From assembly GCA_951406725.2 (NCBI GenBank), contig OX597825.1, forward strand, positions 29,574,001 to 29,638,000: 64,000 nt of DNA, in the 5' to 3' direction. The position numbers and the translations under genes are program-made. Below are positions 50,986 to 64,000 of this stretch, in pieces (position 1 is the stretch's first letter; each line of letters begins with the position of its first letter). The stretch comes from Octopus vulgaris. Lineage: Eukaryota. The notes under the pieces are model-generated. The model had not been told where the DNA came from. It saw only the letters and a list, made by a program, of their open reading frames with translations, and ran no database searches.

Positions 50986-52743
50986 ATCATCATAACCATA
51001 ATCATCATCTTCATCATCATCATCATCGTTATCATCAATATTCTTAGTTTTCTACATTATTGACAACATGGAATCATTCATATTTATGGTTTCAATATTA
51101 TTTCCTCCAAATGCACAGAAATTGCTGATTCACTTAAGGATGAAATTAAGACAGCTTTCTGTTTTTTAACTACTGATTAAATTACTATCATTGTCATCAT
51201 CATCATCATCATCATCATCGCCATCATCATCATCGTTGTTATCGTTATTATTTTAAATATTGTTATCACTATCATTAGTATTATTATTCCACTATTCTTT
51301 GAGTTTATATAAAAATCTGCTTTAGAAAACAAGTCTTTTATTTTTTCCCCTTTATTTTTGCATTGCTTTGATACAGAATTGATTTTTCTAATTTTTTTTT
51401 TTCCTTTTTTGCTGCCGTTTTATTTTCTCTTTTGATGGACGCATTACCAGGTGAACGAATGAAGATATCCTATGTTAGTTGGATTAGATAAGATAGAACT
51501 TATTCTAGCTACTTTCTGCTCCAATGATAAACTATAAGAATACTGAAAGACATGGCGGAAATTTGAAAGGCACGTAATTGTAGAAGAACACATTCTCAAA
51601 ACCATGAAAAATAGTTTTTTGTCTCACAAAAGTATTTTCTGTTCATTTTTTTCTTTTACTTTTTTTTGCCTTGTCCAGAATTAATCCTTTTTTCTTTTGT
51701 TTTATTTCGTTAAATACATTTATATTCAATCTGATAAGACCACCAACTTATATTTTAAGTTTCTGAAAACTAGTAAATATCTCTTAAAAGTGTTTCTATA
51801 CTTTTTTAAATACATACAACGTTAGGTTTTTATGTATAAATGTGTTAAAGTTATCAAGCTAAAGGTCAAATTTCCATAAATATACAAGTTAAATTATACA
51901 ATTTAAAACAAGGAAAAATAAAAATAATGATGAATGTCTATATAAGCCACATAAGCTCTTAAAGCCAGTGCTTAATGCCACATCTAGCAGGAGTTTTTTG
52001 TAAGAAAATGGAGAAGATATAAATAAATGACTGTACGATCACAAGAGCTTGTAAAACTGGTGCTTATCTCCCCGTTCTATTATTTTGAAAGAAGAAAAGA
52101 TAAATCTCTCACTGGATAGAATGTTAATATATTGCAGGTAAAATTATTCAGTTGTGGAAAAGTAAAAAAAAAAAAAAAAACCTTAAAAAAAATGGCAGTT
52201 GATGTCCCAATGTTACACTAAATGTATACCAATTCCAGAGCCAGTTTGATGGTGCTAGTTAATCTTAATATCTCCTCAAAACTTGCAGTTTTCGACTGTA
52301 AGCAACACCACCATCATCATCATAGTTGAAATCGTCATTGCATCACTGTTTTAACGTTCATCTTTCCCATGCTTGCATGGTCAGACTGATTTTGTCGAGG
52401 CAGATTTTTCTATGCTTGGATGTCACCAGACCATATTGGTTTCTAACCAAGGCAACATATTCTTGTGGTTAAATATGTTTTCTCAGAAGACTGGGAAAAA
52501 GTGACTCCACTTGATTATAATCAACACTCATTGGATAATAAGAGAAAGGGACACAAACAAACACAAATGATTCTATAAAAATATATATATATATGTATCA
52601 TAATCATCCTCTTCACTATCCTCTTTTAACATCCTCTTTCCATGCTGGCATGGGTTAGATGGTTTGACAGGCAACCAGTAAGCAGCAAAGCTATGTCAAG
52701 GCTCCAATGTCATTTTTGGTACAGATTCTACAGCGGGATGCCC

Positions 52744-52848
52744 ACAATGGTGTGTTAAGTAACAATCCGATTATATAACCATATGCTATCAGCTAACTCT
52801 GATGAGTGTAATGTTATATAATCGGATTATTACCTAACACTTCATTGT
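52744..52848. repeat. 36-bp inverted repeat (32/36) with a 33-nt spacer
   Basis: acaatggtgtgttaagtaacaatccgattatataac (52744-52779) against gttatataatcggattattacctaacacttcattgt (52813-52848). Confidence 0.9.
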
Positions 52849-52881
52849 ATTCCTTGCATGAAACCAATTGATAAGATCAGC
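52792..52881 (+). ncRNA. Degenerate type-I hammerhead motif with an enlarged loop II
   Basis: GCTAACT-CTGATGA-GTGTAA(42 nt)TTGCAT-GAAA-CCAATTGA-TA-AGATCAGC; stem II has two G-U pairs, stem III is near-palindromic, stem I is imperfect. Confidence 0.45.
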
Positions 52882-53253
52882 CGTGATGGATATATAATAC
52901 TGTAAATTTTGGATAATATATATATATGATGAACTTCATTTGTGACCTGAGGTTATAATAGATGACACTTGTCTAAGCTTTCACACAATAGAATGGAGCT
53001 CAATACTGGCTTTTCTTCAGTTTTCTGCATAAAGTTGAATGGTGGATTAAACCTGCCACCAAAGGAGGACACAGTATGATTTGAACTCACAATATCAAGA
53101 GCTACCCTCTATGATGCTCTAATATTTTTGTTTCTTCCCTCGACTGGTATTTTATTTATCAGCCACACACCCTCCCCAGAAGAATGAGTAGCAAAGGTTA
53201 TCTCAACAGTTTCAACCCAGAAAGTAAGTTACCAGCATAAATGCCCCAATGCT

Positions 53254-53670
53254 GGAGTGGGAGTGGCTGTGTGGTAAGTAGCTTGCTTACCAGCCACATG
53301 GTTCCGGGTTCAGTCCCACTGCGTGGCACATTGGGCAAGTGTCTTCTACTATAGCCTCAGGCCAACCAAAGCCTTGTGAATGGATTTGGTAGACGAAAAC
53401 TGAAAGAAGCTCATCGTATATATGTATATATATAAATATATATATATGTGTGTGTGTGTGTGTATGTTTGTGTGTCTGTGTTTGTCACCCCAACATCGCA
53501 TGACAACCGATGCTGGCATGTTTACATCCCTGTAACTTTGGCAAAATGATACCAATAGAATAAGTATTAGGCTTACAAAGAATAAGTCCATAGGGCGATT
53601 TAGTTGACTAAAGGCGGTGCTCCAGCATGGCCACAGTCAAATGATTGAAACAAGTAAAAGAGTAAAAGAG
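53254..53670 (+). mobile_element. SINE family A, full length, little diverged
   Basis: tggctgtgtggtaagtagcttgcttaccagccacatggttccGGGTTCAGTCCCactgcgtggcac..gctccagcatggccacagtcaaatgattgaaacaagtaaaagagtaaaagag. Confidence 0.92.
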
Positions 53671-53903
53671 AAATTGTTTTTTATCTGGCACTTAATTGAC
53701 TCAAACAGTTTGCGGCCTTGGATATGAAGGGAAGAGGTGGTTAGTGGGGGAATAGATGGGCAGATGAGATGGCAAGCAGCTTAGAACTTCAGAAGAGCTA
53801 ACGACAAAGTAACTATAGATAAACCTAAAGCACGATATAGCATGTCTGTGGACTATGAAATTTGCTGAGTAGTAAATCTTCATTAATCAAGCAAATAACC
53901 TTT

Positions 53904-53934
<31 letters not shown>

Positions 53935-54289
53935 TTGATATGGCCACATGTATTTGTTAATGTAGCACCAGTAATACACCACATGTATGTCAGTAATATT
54001 CTGCTAAAACTTAAGAAACCGAAGCTAACTATCTTAGAAGCATCATCTTTGAAAATTTGCATTCTGTTGCTCGATATAAATGAAAGACCATCAGCTATAT
54101 TTTAAATAGAACCAAGAATAAATTATTTGTAATCCGCTCAGGCAGTTTTAATTACCATTAAGAAATAAACCATCTTATAAACTTAATGCATTACTGAAAT
54201 TCCATTTAGGTTATCATATTTATTCTATTTACAGATTCTGTCTTTCCCAATGTTTTCCCCTGTGTGATAGTTGTTGCTCTAGTTGTTGT

Positions 54290-54290
54290 A

Positions 54291-54330
<40 letters not shown>

Positions 54331-54362
54331 TCACTACCACCACCACCACCACCACCACTATC

Positions 54363-54394
<32 letters not shown>

Positions 54395-54613
54395 TATCAT
54401 TATGCTGCTTTGATTGTCAATATTGGTGCTTCATATCTTTATACTAGTATATATGAGGTACTTTTTAGTACCTTTTTTGTATCCCAGGAGAGGAGAAACA
54501 GTATGCTTTGTGACAAATTCCTAAATTGACCATCATCATTGTCATCGTCGTCATCATCATCATCATATTCATCATATCATTGTCATCATCATAATCATCT
54601 TCCTCCTCCTCAA

Positions 54614-54645
<32 letters not shown>

Positions 54646-54722
54646 ACATCATCATCATCATCACCATCATCATTATTGTCCCCACTATCATCATCATCAT
54701 CATTGTCTTCATTATCATCACC
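54290..54722. repeat. Trinucleotide tracts: (TAC)(CAC)(TAT) at 54290-54402 and (CAT)n at 54531-54722
   Basis: Direct inspection. Confidence 0.9.
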
Positions 54723-55054
54723 TTTGTCATGTTTATAATCACAATATTTGCTTTCAGTTAAGGAGTTTAGCTGAAAGTTTAGATTTCAACACAGTTTAAT
54801 CCATTTGATAATTCTATGATATGATCTCAATCCCGTGATAGAGGTCAGACAGAAATTTCAGGGATTGTCCAGAGGTTTGATAAAAATCATTGATATCTAA
54901 CTTACTCTATCTTTCTTAATTCTGACAGATTATACAAACAAGAAGAAGCATGCGGCTTTCTTTTGAAATTCTAACAAGGTCCATATGTACTACTAGAAGA
55001 AAATCTATATATATATAATATGATTGTAATCATATATATATATACATATACATA

Positions 55055-55205
<151 letters not shown>

Positions 55206-55588
55206 TATATATAAATTGTGAGTTAAGAGGGATATATTATCCAGGCAGATAGCATGGTAGCTCTCAGTTATGCTCCAGGTTATGGCTAACTGCATAGATT
55301 AGTACTAAATACTAATCGATGCCTTTAGTCTTTGACTACTCTGAGTTGTAACTCATGCTGTAAATTCCTTCAGTGGGTAATTCTGTGTTCACTTCACTGG
55401 ATGTTAATATTATATGGAGTGTTTATTTGCAACAATCATATCGATAGAGAATATAGAGACTGGTACATCCTTGAATGTGTTTCAACTGCAGTGGAAACAT
55501 ATGTAGGTAATCATAACCATAAAAATATGTTGTAGGATATTGTAAAATAAAAGGAAATAGATTCTGAGGATGCACCAGTCTCCATATC

Positions 55589-55725
55589 CTAGCAGTTTGG
55601 CAAAAGAGACCGATAGAATAAGTACCAGGCTTACAAAAAATAAATAAGTCCTAGGGTTAATTTGTTCGACTAAAGGCGGTGCTCCAGCATGACCACATTC
55701 AAATCACTGAAACAAGTAAAAGAAT
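55589..55725 (+). mobile_element. SINE family A 3' fragment
   Basis: tagcagtttggcaaaagagaccgatagaataagtaccaggcttac..gactaaaggcggtgctccagcatgacc. Confidence 0.85.
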
Positions 55726-56330
55726 GAAACATACAAATTATATATACGTATATATATGTTCAAATGAGAGCAGAAAATCTCTTCTTTTTTATAGAATATG
55801 AAACAACATAAGTAGTGTTCTTTCAGTGATAAAATGAAAATACTCCCAGTACACTGTAGAAAGTGATTGACATATGAGAGTAGATAATACTCAAGTGAAT
55901 ACTTCTGTTTTGTCTTTCCAAGAACATGAGAATTTCTCTAGTGCTGAATAAGATGCATTCAGAGTATTCTAAAGTGGTGATTGATATAAGAGCAACCAGC
56001 CATAGAAAGCATGCCAAGAGAGCACATACAAGTGAGATATGGTTCCCAATATATTGAGCCATATAGGGGGAAGTAACTCTGAACAGACAACAACGTGAAG
56101 CATGACAGCCCATCCAACCCATGCCAGCACGGAAAGCATATTGATCTTCATCATAAATTTCACTATATAAACCCTATTAAGCTATTGAGGATTTTCTATT
56201 GTTTGCACACAACAAAGAGTGTATATTACGTACATACATATGTACATACATGCATGCGTACATACATACATACATACATACATACATACATACATACATA
56301 CATACATACATACATACATACATACATACA

Positions 56331-56532
56331 TACTGCCTAAATACCAATCTTGAGAAATTAGGCTTCCCAAAACCAAAAAGGAGAAAGTTAATTTGAAGAC
56401 TACTGATCCAATCCATCACTGGAATGATAAAAATCTGTAAAACTTTCCAAAAGTTTATCATTTAAATATATATGAGCATGTCTAGAGATGCAACTATATA
56501 CATGAGAATACATACATAAAAAATCTGCACAT
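56331..56532 (+). mobile_element. Second, shorter 3' fragment of the R4/Dong-like element, embedded in (TACA)n
   Basis: actgcctaaataccaatcttgagaaattaggcttcccaaaacc matches 45161 onward; reads CLNTNLEKLGFPKPKRRKLI*RLLIQSITGMIKICKTFQKFII*; (TACA)n on both sides. Confidence 0.88.
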
Positions 56533-56541
56533 ATACATACA

Positions 56542-56572
<31 letters not shown>

Positions 56573-57389
56573 GCATACAGACAGACATTCAAACATACAT
56601 ATAAGCTCAGGTACATACACACATACATACATAAGCATAAGAGCTTGATGTTATTGAAGAGTATAATAACTAGCCTAATATATTTGTTATTTAATTATAC
56701 ATGATATAATATTTTGTATAACAATATATAATAAATATAATATTTCTGTGTCTGAGAAAACAGCTAGACACCGGACTAATTTTAAAATATTTTATACACA
56801 TGTCTATGTAAGTGTATGTGTTATGTGTGTGCATTTGTGTGTATTTTTATATATAATTATATATATATATATGAGCATATATATATGCATATATATATAT
56901 ATATATATATATGTGCATATATATATATATATATATATATGTGCATATATATATATGTATATATATATATATATGATGTAGATAATACATAAATTACATC
57001 ATTAGTCAAAATTCTAGTCAATTTTAAGAATAATCTTTTGGAATGGAATAATAAAATCAATGGCAGCAATAAGCTATTAATTGTGATGCTAAGAACAAAA
57101 GAAAACTTCTGCTCCGTATTTGAACTATAGAACTGTGGGTTGTAATCCAATAACCCAACCAATTTTGCTTTTTTTATGATCATAGTATAAAGACATAAAA
57201 ATCTTATTTTGTTTATATTGATTTTGCTTTTGTGGATGTTTGTATTTGTTTGTGTTTGTATGCTTGGAGTTGTCTGTGCATCTGTACACATATTCTGTGT
57301 GTGTTTGGAATCTGAGTGAGAAAATTGTGAATGAAATGAAAAACATAGCAATTTATGCACATACACACTCAATACACAGATACATACAT

Positions 57390-57905
<516 letters not shown>

Positions 57906-58243
57906 TGCCTATATATTTAAGATGAGATGTGCTAGCTAAGTAATAAAGCATTCATTTTGTACATATGTATGTGTGTGCCTTCGTTTCATGCTCACATGCA
58001 TGCAAATACATGCACGTATACATATGTGAATGCATAAATACAATCATGTAGAAACATAAAAACTAAATTCGCTTTTTATAGTTTCAAGTCATGGAAATAT
58101 ATAATTGAAAACCAATAGTCCTGTAGGGTTTATATTCACGTATTTTATTATAACTATTTATTTAGTATTTCTTATTCGATATTTTATATTATTGTCTTTA
58201 TATTATAGTTTCTGCTCTCTTCCTCCTTATTTTTTCCCTCCAG

Positions 58244-58316
58244 GCAATTGTATAAATAAAAAAAGAAATTAGTAAAGATTCTGCATTGTAAGACATTAAA
58301 AGGTTAATGAAAAACG
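58244..58316 (+). other. Candidate exon of an unidentified host gene (5' UTR plus ATG AAA AAC G)
   Basis: Long pyrimidine tract ending ttttttccctccag at 58243; donor ACG|gtgagc; stops in all frames before the ATG at 58307; no homology evidence. Confidence 0.3.
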
Positions 58317-58944
58317 GTGAGCAGAATGGATTGAAGGAGCAGCTGATCTCAAAGATAAAGCTAGGCGATATTGAACCATAATACTGAAACAGACTTGCTT
58401 GTGCAATATTGAAAATAATGTTAAGTATTTTTAATTGCTTTCTGTTTTTTCTTTAAGCAGCAGTGAATAGATAAATTATAGAATGAATGATTTTTTCGTT
58501 CTTTTCTTTGATTTTTGAAGGTCTTTTTTTTTGTACTTGTTTTGTTAATTGTTTGTTAAACAGGAACCTAAATTAGGAAGAAAGGAAATTGAATTTCTCA
58601 ATTCAGGGTAAAATTTGTAAATAAATAAATAAAAGATGATTAGGGAAAAGTATAAGTATAAAAATATCAAGGAAAATACTTATTGTCATTTCTGATCTTT
58701 TATTTAATTTAATTATTTTTGTTTAATTGTTAGAAATAATGAAAATTTTAAGTAGTAAATGTTATAGTGTGGATATGAAATATGATAAATAATAATTTTA
58801 AATGTGAAGAATTTCTGCCCATTTTTCATATTTTTTCAAATATCCTAGTTTTTGAACAAAAAAGCTCACAACTGCTCAGCAATAATAACATTGAGGAAAT
58901 ATCAATTCTTTGCAAAAATCTGTACTCACAGAAAGGGTAAAGAT

Positions 58945-59290
58945 GACCGGGGTCAATTAAATAAGTACCAGTTACGCACTGGTGTCGATATAATCAACTT
59001 AATCCGTTTGTCTGTCCTTGTTTGTCCCCTCTGTGTGTAGCCCCTTATGGGCAGTAAAGAATTAAGAATATAAATATTTGATACACCAGCCATAGTCACA
59101 GGTATATGTGGTTGAGAAGCTTGCTTCCCAACCACGGTCTGAGTTAAATTTTGCTAAAGTCAGCAACTTTTTCTTTCACTTTCTGGGGCCAATGAAATAA
59201 AGTACCAAGTTACTGCTGGGTTTGATTTAATAACTAATTCCTCCCCACAAATTTGCGATCTTATGCCCTTGTTAGAAATCATTATTAGCC
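58945..59290 (+). mobile_element. Family-C 3' fragment (58945-59065) followed by an A-head/C-body chimera (59095-59290)
   Basis: taagtaccagttacgcactggtgtcgatataatcaacttaatccgtttgtctgtccttg; then gtggttgagaagcttgcttcccaaccac joined to ctgagttaaattttgctaaagtc..ggggccaatgaaataaagtacc. Confidence 0.7.
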
Positions 59291-60734
59291 CTGTTATGTT
59301 GTCAAACTCTTCAGTTCTTTTGAATCCTATTCCTGGTGATAACACCAGCTAATCTCTTCAGACCATCATTTAAATGCTGTTTGGACTCGTAATGCAAAAA
59401 TAGAAATTTATTTTCCTGTAGGATATGCATATTATTTTTGTTGTGTGTGTGGATCACTAGAGTTAAAGAAAAAAGAGAAATGTTGTACTACCGCTAACAT
59501 GTGTATAATTAGATTTATATCTGAACGCACACATATATATCCACAATTTGTATGAGACTAATATATTTTATTTTGACATCTCAATAAATAGGGAATAAAA
59601 TCGCCATGTAATTGCATGAAAGAAAACCATTTCAGTTTGTAATAAGGAGTTAATGACACTCACACTCTGAGAGAAAAAAATATTAGAGCAAGATAGAGAA
59701 AAAACTTTCAGAAGTCAAATATATGAATTAAATTGTGTGTTGACTGAGAGAAATTCAGTTTCTCTGGTTGATCTAATCAAATATTTCCTATAATATAATC
59801 CCATTTTCCAATTTAGATATATAATAGCCTCCATGTGTATGTGTGTAAAAGTGTGTGTGTGTGTGCATGTGATTTTGACTCCAAGAATTAGTTGTATTTT
59901 TATATCAGAGGAATTAATTTGCCAAAATAAATTTTTATCTTGGTGATCCTCTCTCTGTTCCTGCTTTATCTGTCTCTCTTTTGCCCTCTCTTTCAGTTTC
60001 TGTGTCTGTCTGTCTCACACTCTCCCTCTGTTTTTGTCTCCCTCTCTCTCTCTATCCCCCTCACTCTGTTTCCATCTATCTATTTCTTCCTTCTGTTAGT
60101 TTCCCAGTCCATCTTTCTCCATTCCACACACAGCTATTTACATGTACCACTATCTATCATTATGATCACTTTGTATCGCATTATGTATTAAACAACCTAA
60201 ATAAGAAGAAAATATAAAGAAAAATGAAATTTCTACCAGCAGCTTGTATGACTGAATGCTGCCATTTTGCTTTCTATTCACCGAAATCTCCTGGATGTTT
60301 AAAACTAATTATTGCCTTCATGCTGTGTATGCTTGTGCATGTGTAACTGCATACACACATGTATATGCCCATATGCATGCACAAAATTAGAGAGCAAAAG
60401 AAAAAGTGAGTGAATGACAATGTATATACTGCTGTTCAATCAACTGAATTACTTGCTCATTGAATTAGCACATAACAAGATGAACACTCCACGAACACAT
60501 GTACCTTTAACGTAATTCTCAGAAAGAGTCTGTATGATACAGTGTAAGAGAAAAGTGGGCTTTTGAATTACAAATGCAATTTCTTTAACAGGCATTCGGT
60601 GCTGTTTCTTCTGTCGTCCCAGTTTCCCTTACAAGGCTTTGATTGAACCAAGATTAAGGTAAAAGACATCCAAGATACCATGCAGTGAAACCAAATCCAG
60701 AACTTCTAAAGCATCTGGCAATTTTATGGTCTTG

Positions 60735-61195
60735 ATATTGGTTTCGAATTTTGGCACAAGGCTAGCAAATTTAAGAGATTGGAATAAGTTGATTACATTG
60801 ACCCCAGGGATCAATTTGTACTTGTTTCATCGATCCTGAAAGGATGAAGAGCAAAATCGACCTTGGGGAAGGGGGTGGGATTTGAACTCAGAATGTCAAG
60901 ACAGATGCAATGCTGTTAAGCATTTTGTCAAGCACCCTAATAATTCTGCTGGCTCACTGCCTTGTTTTGTGGCCATAATATTCTTTTCTACTCTAGGCAG
61001 AAGGCCCGAAATTTTTGTGGAGGAGATCAGTTGATTAGATCGACCCCAGTATGCAACTTATACTTAATTTATCAACCCTGAAAGGATGAAAAGAAAAGCT
61101 GACCTTGGTGGAATTTGAACTCAGAATGTAAAGACAGACGAAATAGCGCTAAGCATTTTGTTCAGCATGCTAACGTTTCTGCCGGCTCACTGCCT
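60735..61195 (-). mobile_element. Two adjacent family-C SINEs; the younger (60983-61195) has an 18-bp TSD
   Basis: TSD ttttgtggcc(a/g)taatatt at 60965-60982 and 61196-61213; both copies carry tttgaactcagaatgt..tctgc.ggctcactgcct. Confidence 0.88.
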
Positions 61196-61219
61196 TTTTG
61201 TGGCCGTAATATTGTAATG

Positions 61220-61508
61220 ACATGTTTCCAAAGGTGAATTATCCAAACCTCTGAGAATTCCTTTCAACACATGGCTATGATACTCCCCCACTACTTCTGC
61301 TCATATCATCAGTCACTAAGGGACAGGCTCAACTGGTTAAGGTCAAACAACTGACAAGCAAATCTGTGGTATTGAGCAGAATATTTGCTGTAGCCCATCT
61401 TTTATACCAAGACAAAATGATGCACATGATAACACTTCCAATCAGTTAAGATCAGAAGCCATGAGAGCCACTGTGTGGTACTGCATCAGGGCATTTATTA
61501 TTATCATG

Positions 61509-61565
<57 letters not shown>

Positions 61566-61572
61566 GTTATCA
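61220..61572 (+). mobile_element. Probable retroposon 3' end with a (TTA)n tail
   Basis: Less AT-rich block ending ggtactgcatcagggcatttattatt and running straight into (TTA)n; single copy in the window. Confidence 0.4.
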
Positions 61573-61781
61573 TTGAATTGTCAGAATCCCTACCACATTG
61601 GACAAAAGGCTTAGTAGCATTTCTTCTTGTTCTTTAAATTCTGAATTCTGTTGTCACTAAGGTTCACTTTACTTTCCATGCTTTTGTGGATCAATAAAAA
61701 AAGCACTGGCGAAGTACTGGAGTCAATGCAAATGACTCACACTTCCCCTCAAAATTTTTTTACTTTATGCTAAAATTAGAA

Positions 61782-62060
61782 ATCATCATCATCATCATCA
61801 TCATCTTCATCATCACCATCACCATCATCATCATCATCATCATCATCTTCATCATCACCATCACCATCACCATCATCATCATCATCATCATCATCATTCA
61901 TCATCACCATCACCATCACCATCACCATCATCATCATCACCATCATCATCACCATCATCACCATCACCACCACCACCACCACCACCACCATCATCATCAT
62001 CAGCACCATCATCATCATCATCATCCTCCTCCTCATCATCATCATCATCGTCATTATCAT
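61782..62060. repeat. (CAT)n/(CAC)n repeat
   Basis: Direct inspection; source of the poly-Ile/His ORF. Confidence 0.92.
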
Positions 62061-62529
62061 AGATCATATGAAACTAGGACATATTTTTAATGGTTGGATA
62101 GTTGATATCACTAAATACAAAAAAAAAAAAAATAATAATAATAATAATACAACTCATCCTTTTGAGAAAAGAATCAATAGTTAATATTTCCACCACATCT
62201 TTAAGGAAGTCAAGATCAATAACAATGATTACAGAGTTACTACGAATGAACCAACTCTACCTTAGTCTATTAATCTATTAATTTACGCAGACTGATAGAG
62301 TAGCAAAACTGTTTTAGTTTCTTCTGGCACAATAATCAAAAGTATTCAAGGACTTTAGTAAGAAGCATTTTTATTCTTGTTATCAGTTCTACAAAACAGC
62401 TCTTATATCTCACCATTCGTATCCTTTTATATATAATTTTCCTCTTGTTTTATCCTTTAAGTATCTTAAGCTTTCTTTTCTGCACAGCTTTGCTTTGCTT
62501 GTCTTGGTCTTTCTCTTTTTCTTCCCCAT

Positions 62530-62559
62530 TTCTCTCTGCCTCTTTCTCTCCCTCTCTCT

Positions 62560-62613
<54 letters not shown>

Positions 62614-63003
62614 GTCTATCTATATTTCTGTCTATCCATCTATCTGTCTATCCATCTGTCTGTCTATGTATGTATGTATGTATATATGTATCTATCTATC
62701 TATCTATCTATCTATCCCTCTCTCTTTCTCATCAATTCATTTTTCTTTTTCTTTCCTCCTTTCTTTTTTCTAGCTTAATGGTTACATTCTCATTCTCCTT
62801 CTCTCTCTCTCTCATTATCTGTCTGTCTATCTATCTATCTATCTATCTGTCTATGTATGTATGTATGTACCTGTACCTACCTACCTACCTACCTACTACC
62901 TACCTACCTATCTACCTATCCCTCTTTCTCATCAATTCATTTTCTCTTTCTTTCCTCCTTTCTTTTTGCCAGCTTTATTGGTTACATTCTTATTCTCATT
63001 CCC

Positions 63004-63052
<49 letters not shown>
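62530..63052. repeat. Compound (TATC)n/(TATG)n/(TACC)n/(TC)n block, duplicated
   Basis: ctctttctcatcaattcatttt..ctttcctcctttctttttt..ggttacattct occurs at about 62720-62795 and 62921-62995. Confidence 0.85.
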
Positions 63053-63053
<1 letters not shown>

Positions 63054-63813
63054 CTAATCAGTCAATTAATCAATTGTAGTAATGAACTTGACTTATCTCA
63101 TAATCTCTCATTCTACTGAAGTCCTTCAAATTTCTCACTCAACTGACACACATAATTGCTTCCGGGAAGATGGCAGGTACATTTTTCAAATACAGTATAA
63201 TGGATACATCAAATGATTTCAATATCATTCCATGTTTACACATACATATGCATGCTCACACACTCACATATATGTGCAAACATGCAGATATATGTTCTAT
63301 ATATCTATATACATAAATACATTCATACATATATATATACGTGCATGCATATGTATATATGTATGTAAGTATATATATATACACACATATATATATGTTT
63401 ATATATGTATATATATAAATGTATTGACATATATGTTGTTGTATCTCTTGAGGGTCATTATGCCAATAAAGAACACATGCATAGTTCTGTTTCTTTTCTT
63501 TTATCAATATTAGTCAACTAGTTATCCATTTAACCAATTGACTTATTGACCATTCAATTACTGGTTTGGTTACTCAGTCAATTGGCTGATAAATGGCTTA
63601 CTAGTTGACTAATAATAAAATAAGAAGTGAAATAGAACCAGTACATGTGTTTATTAGTGGCAGAGAGTGATCCTCCCAAAATACACTAAAATCTGTGTCA
63701 AAATCCAAGCTTACATTAAAAATTCTTGTAAATGAAATACAAAAACAAAATATTGATATATGTGTGTGTATACACATACATTTATGTATACATACATTTA
63801 CATACATAACTGC

Positions 63814-63844
<31 letters not shown>

Positions 63845-63869
63845 AAAACTCAGTTCCATCAGTCACAAA

Positions 63870-64000
63870 TTACCATGGGTGCACCTAAGATTTCCCTCTG
63901 GGTACAAGTCTGGGTGGAAAGTTACCTCACCGGCAAATGCACAACCTAGGGTTGTTTTTATGGAAGACCAGCAGTGATGATGCAACTCATTTCTATGGCT
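63870..64000 (-). mobile_element. Probable SINE fragment running off the window end
   Basis: Minus-strand agccatagaaatgagttgc resembles the end of the B-family core (agctggcaaaaatgagtaac); higher GC than the flank. Confidence 0.35.

Noticed and set aside
53254-53330. tRNA gene, and likewise the other A/B-box heads
   Set aside because: The head continues into a multi-copy SINE body and lacks a proper cloverleaf and terminator.
54447-54480. Hairpin AGGTACT-tttt-AGTACCT plus T-run resembling an intrinsic terminator
   Set aside because: Eukaryotic context, and a 7-bp stem is expected by chance in 64 kb of AT-rich DNA.
63875-63945. HDV-like ribozyme fold (GUGCA...UGCAC as P2, GG, P4, C-AAA)
   Set aside because: No upstream P1 partner for ACAAGUCU, L3 would be about 15 nt, and the sequence is probably the antisense strand of a SINE.

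Overview
AT-rich, microsatellite-saturated eukaryotic DNA with no recognisable intact protein-coding gene. Nearly all supplied ORFs are translations of simple repeats or retroposon sequence. The repeat families look like those of an octopus (coleoid cephalopod); this is recognition by eye, not a database result. The window holds many copies of several tRNA-headed SINE families and (GAT)n-tailed retroposons (labelled A-F here), two decayed mariner transposase fragments, a 569-bp fold-back mariner MITE, a piggyBac-like TTAA MITE and a probable hAT MITE. It also holds two 3' fragments of an R4/Dong-like RLE retrotransposon next to (TACA)n, plus Tx1/L1-like and RTE-like LINE remnants. The most notable signal is a set of minimal type-I hammerhead ribozyme motifs of the Penelope-associated kind. 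One sits in the 3' tail of a tRNA-headed SINE with an inverted 5' duplicate. Several retro-insertions end in fold-back duplications that would give long dsRNA. U-rich tracts and good splice acceptors on + suggest the window is intronic in a large +strand gene, but exon calls are weak. Boundaries of degraded repeats are approximate.
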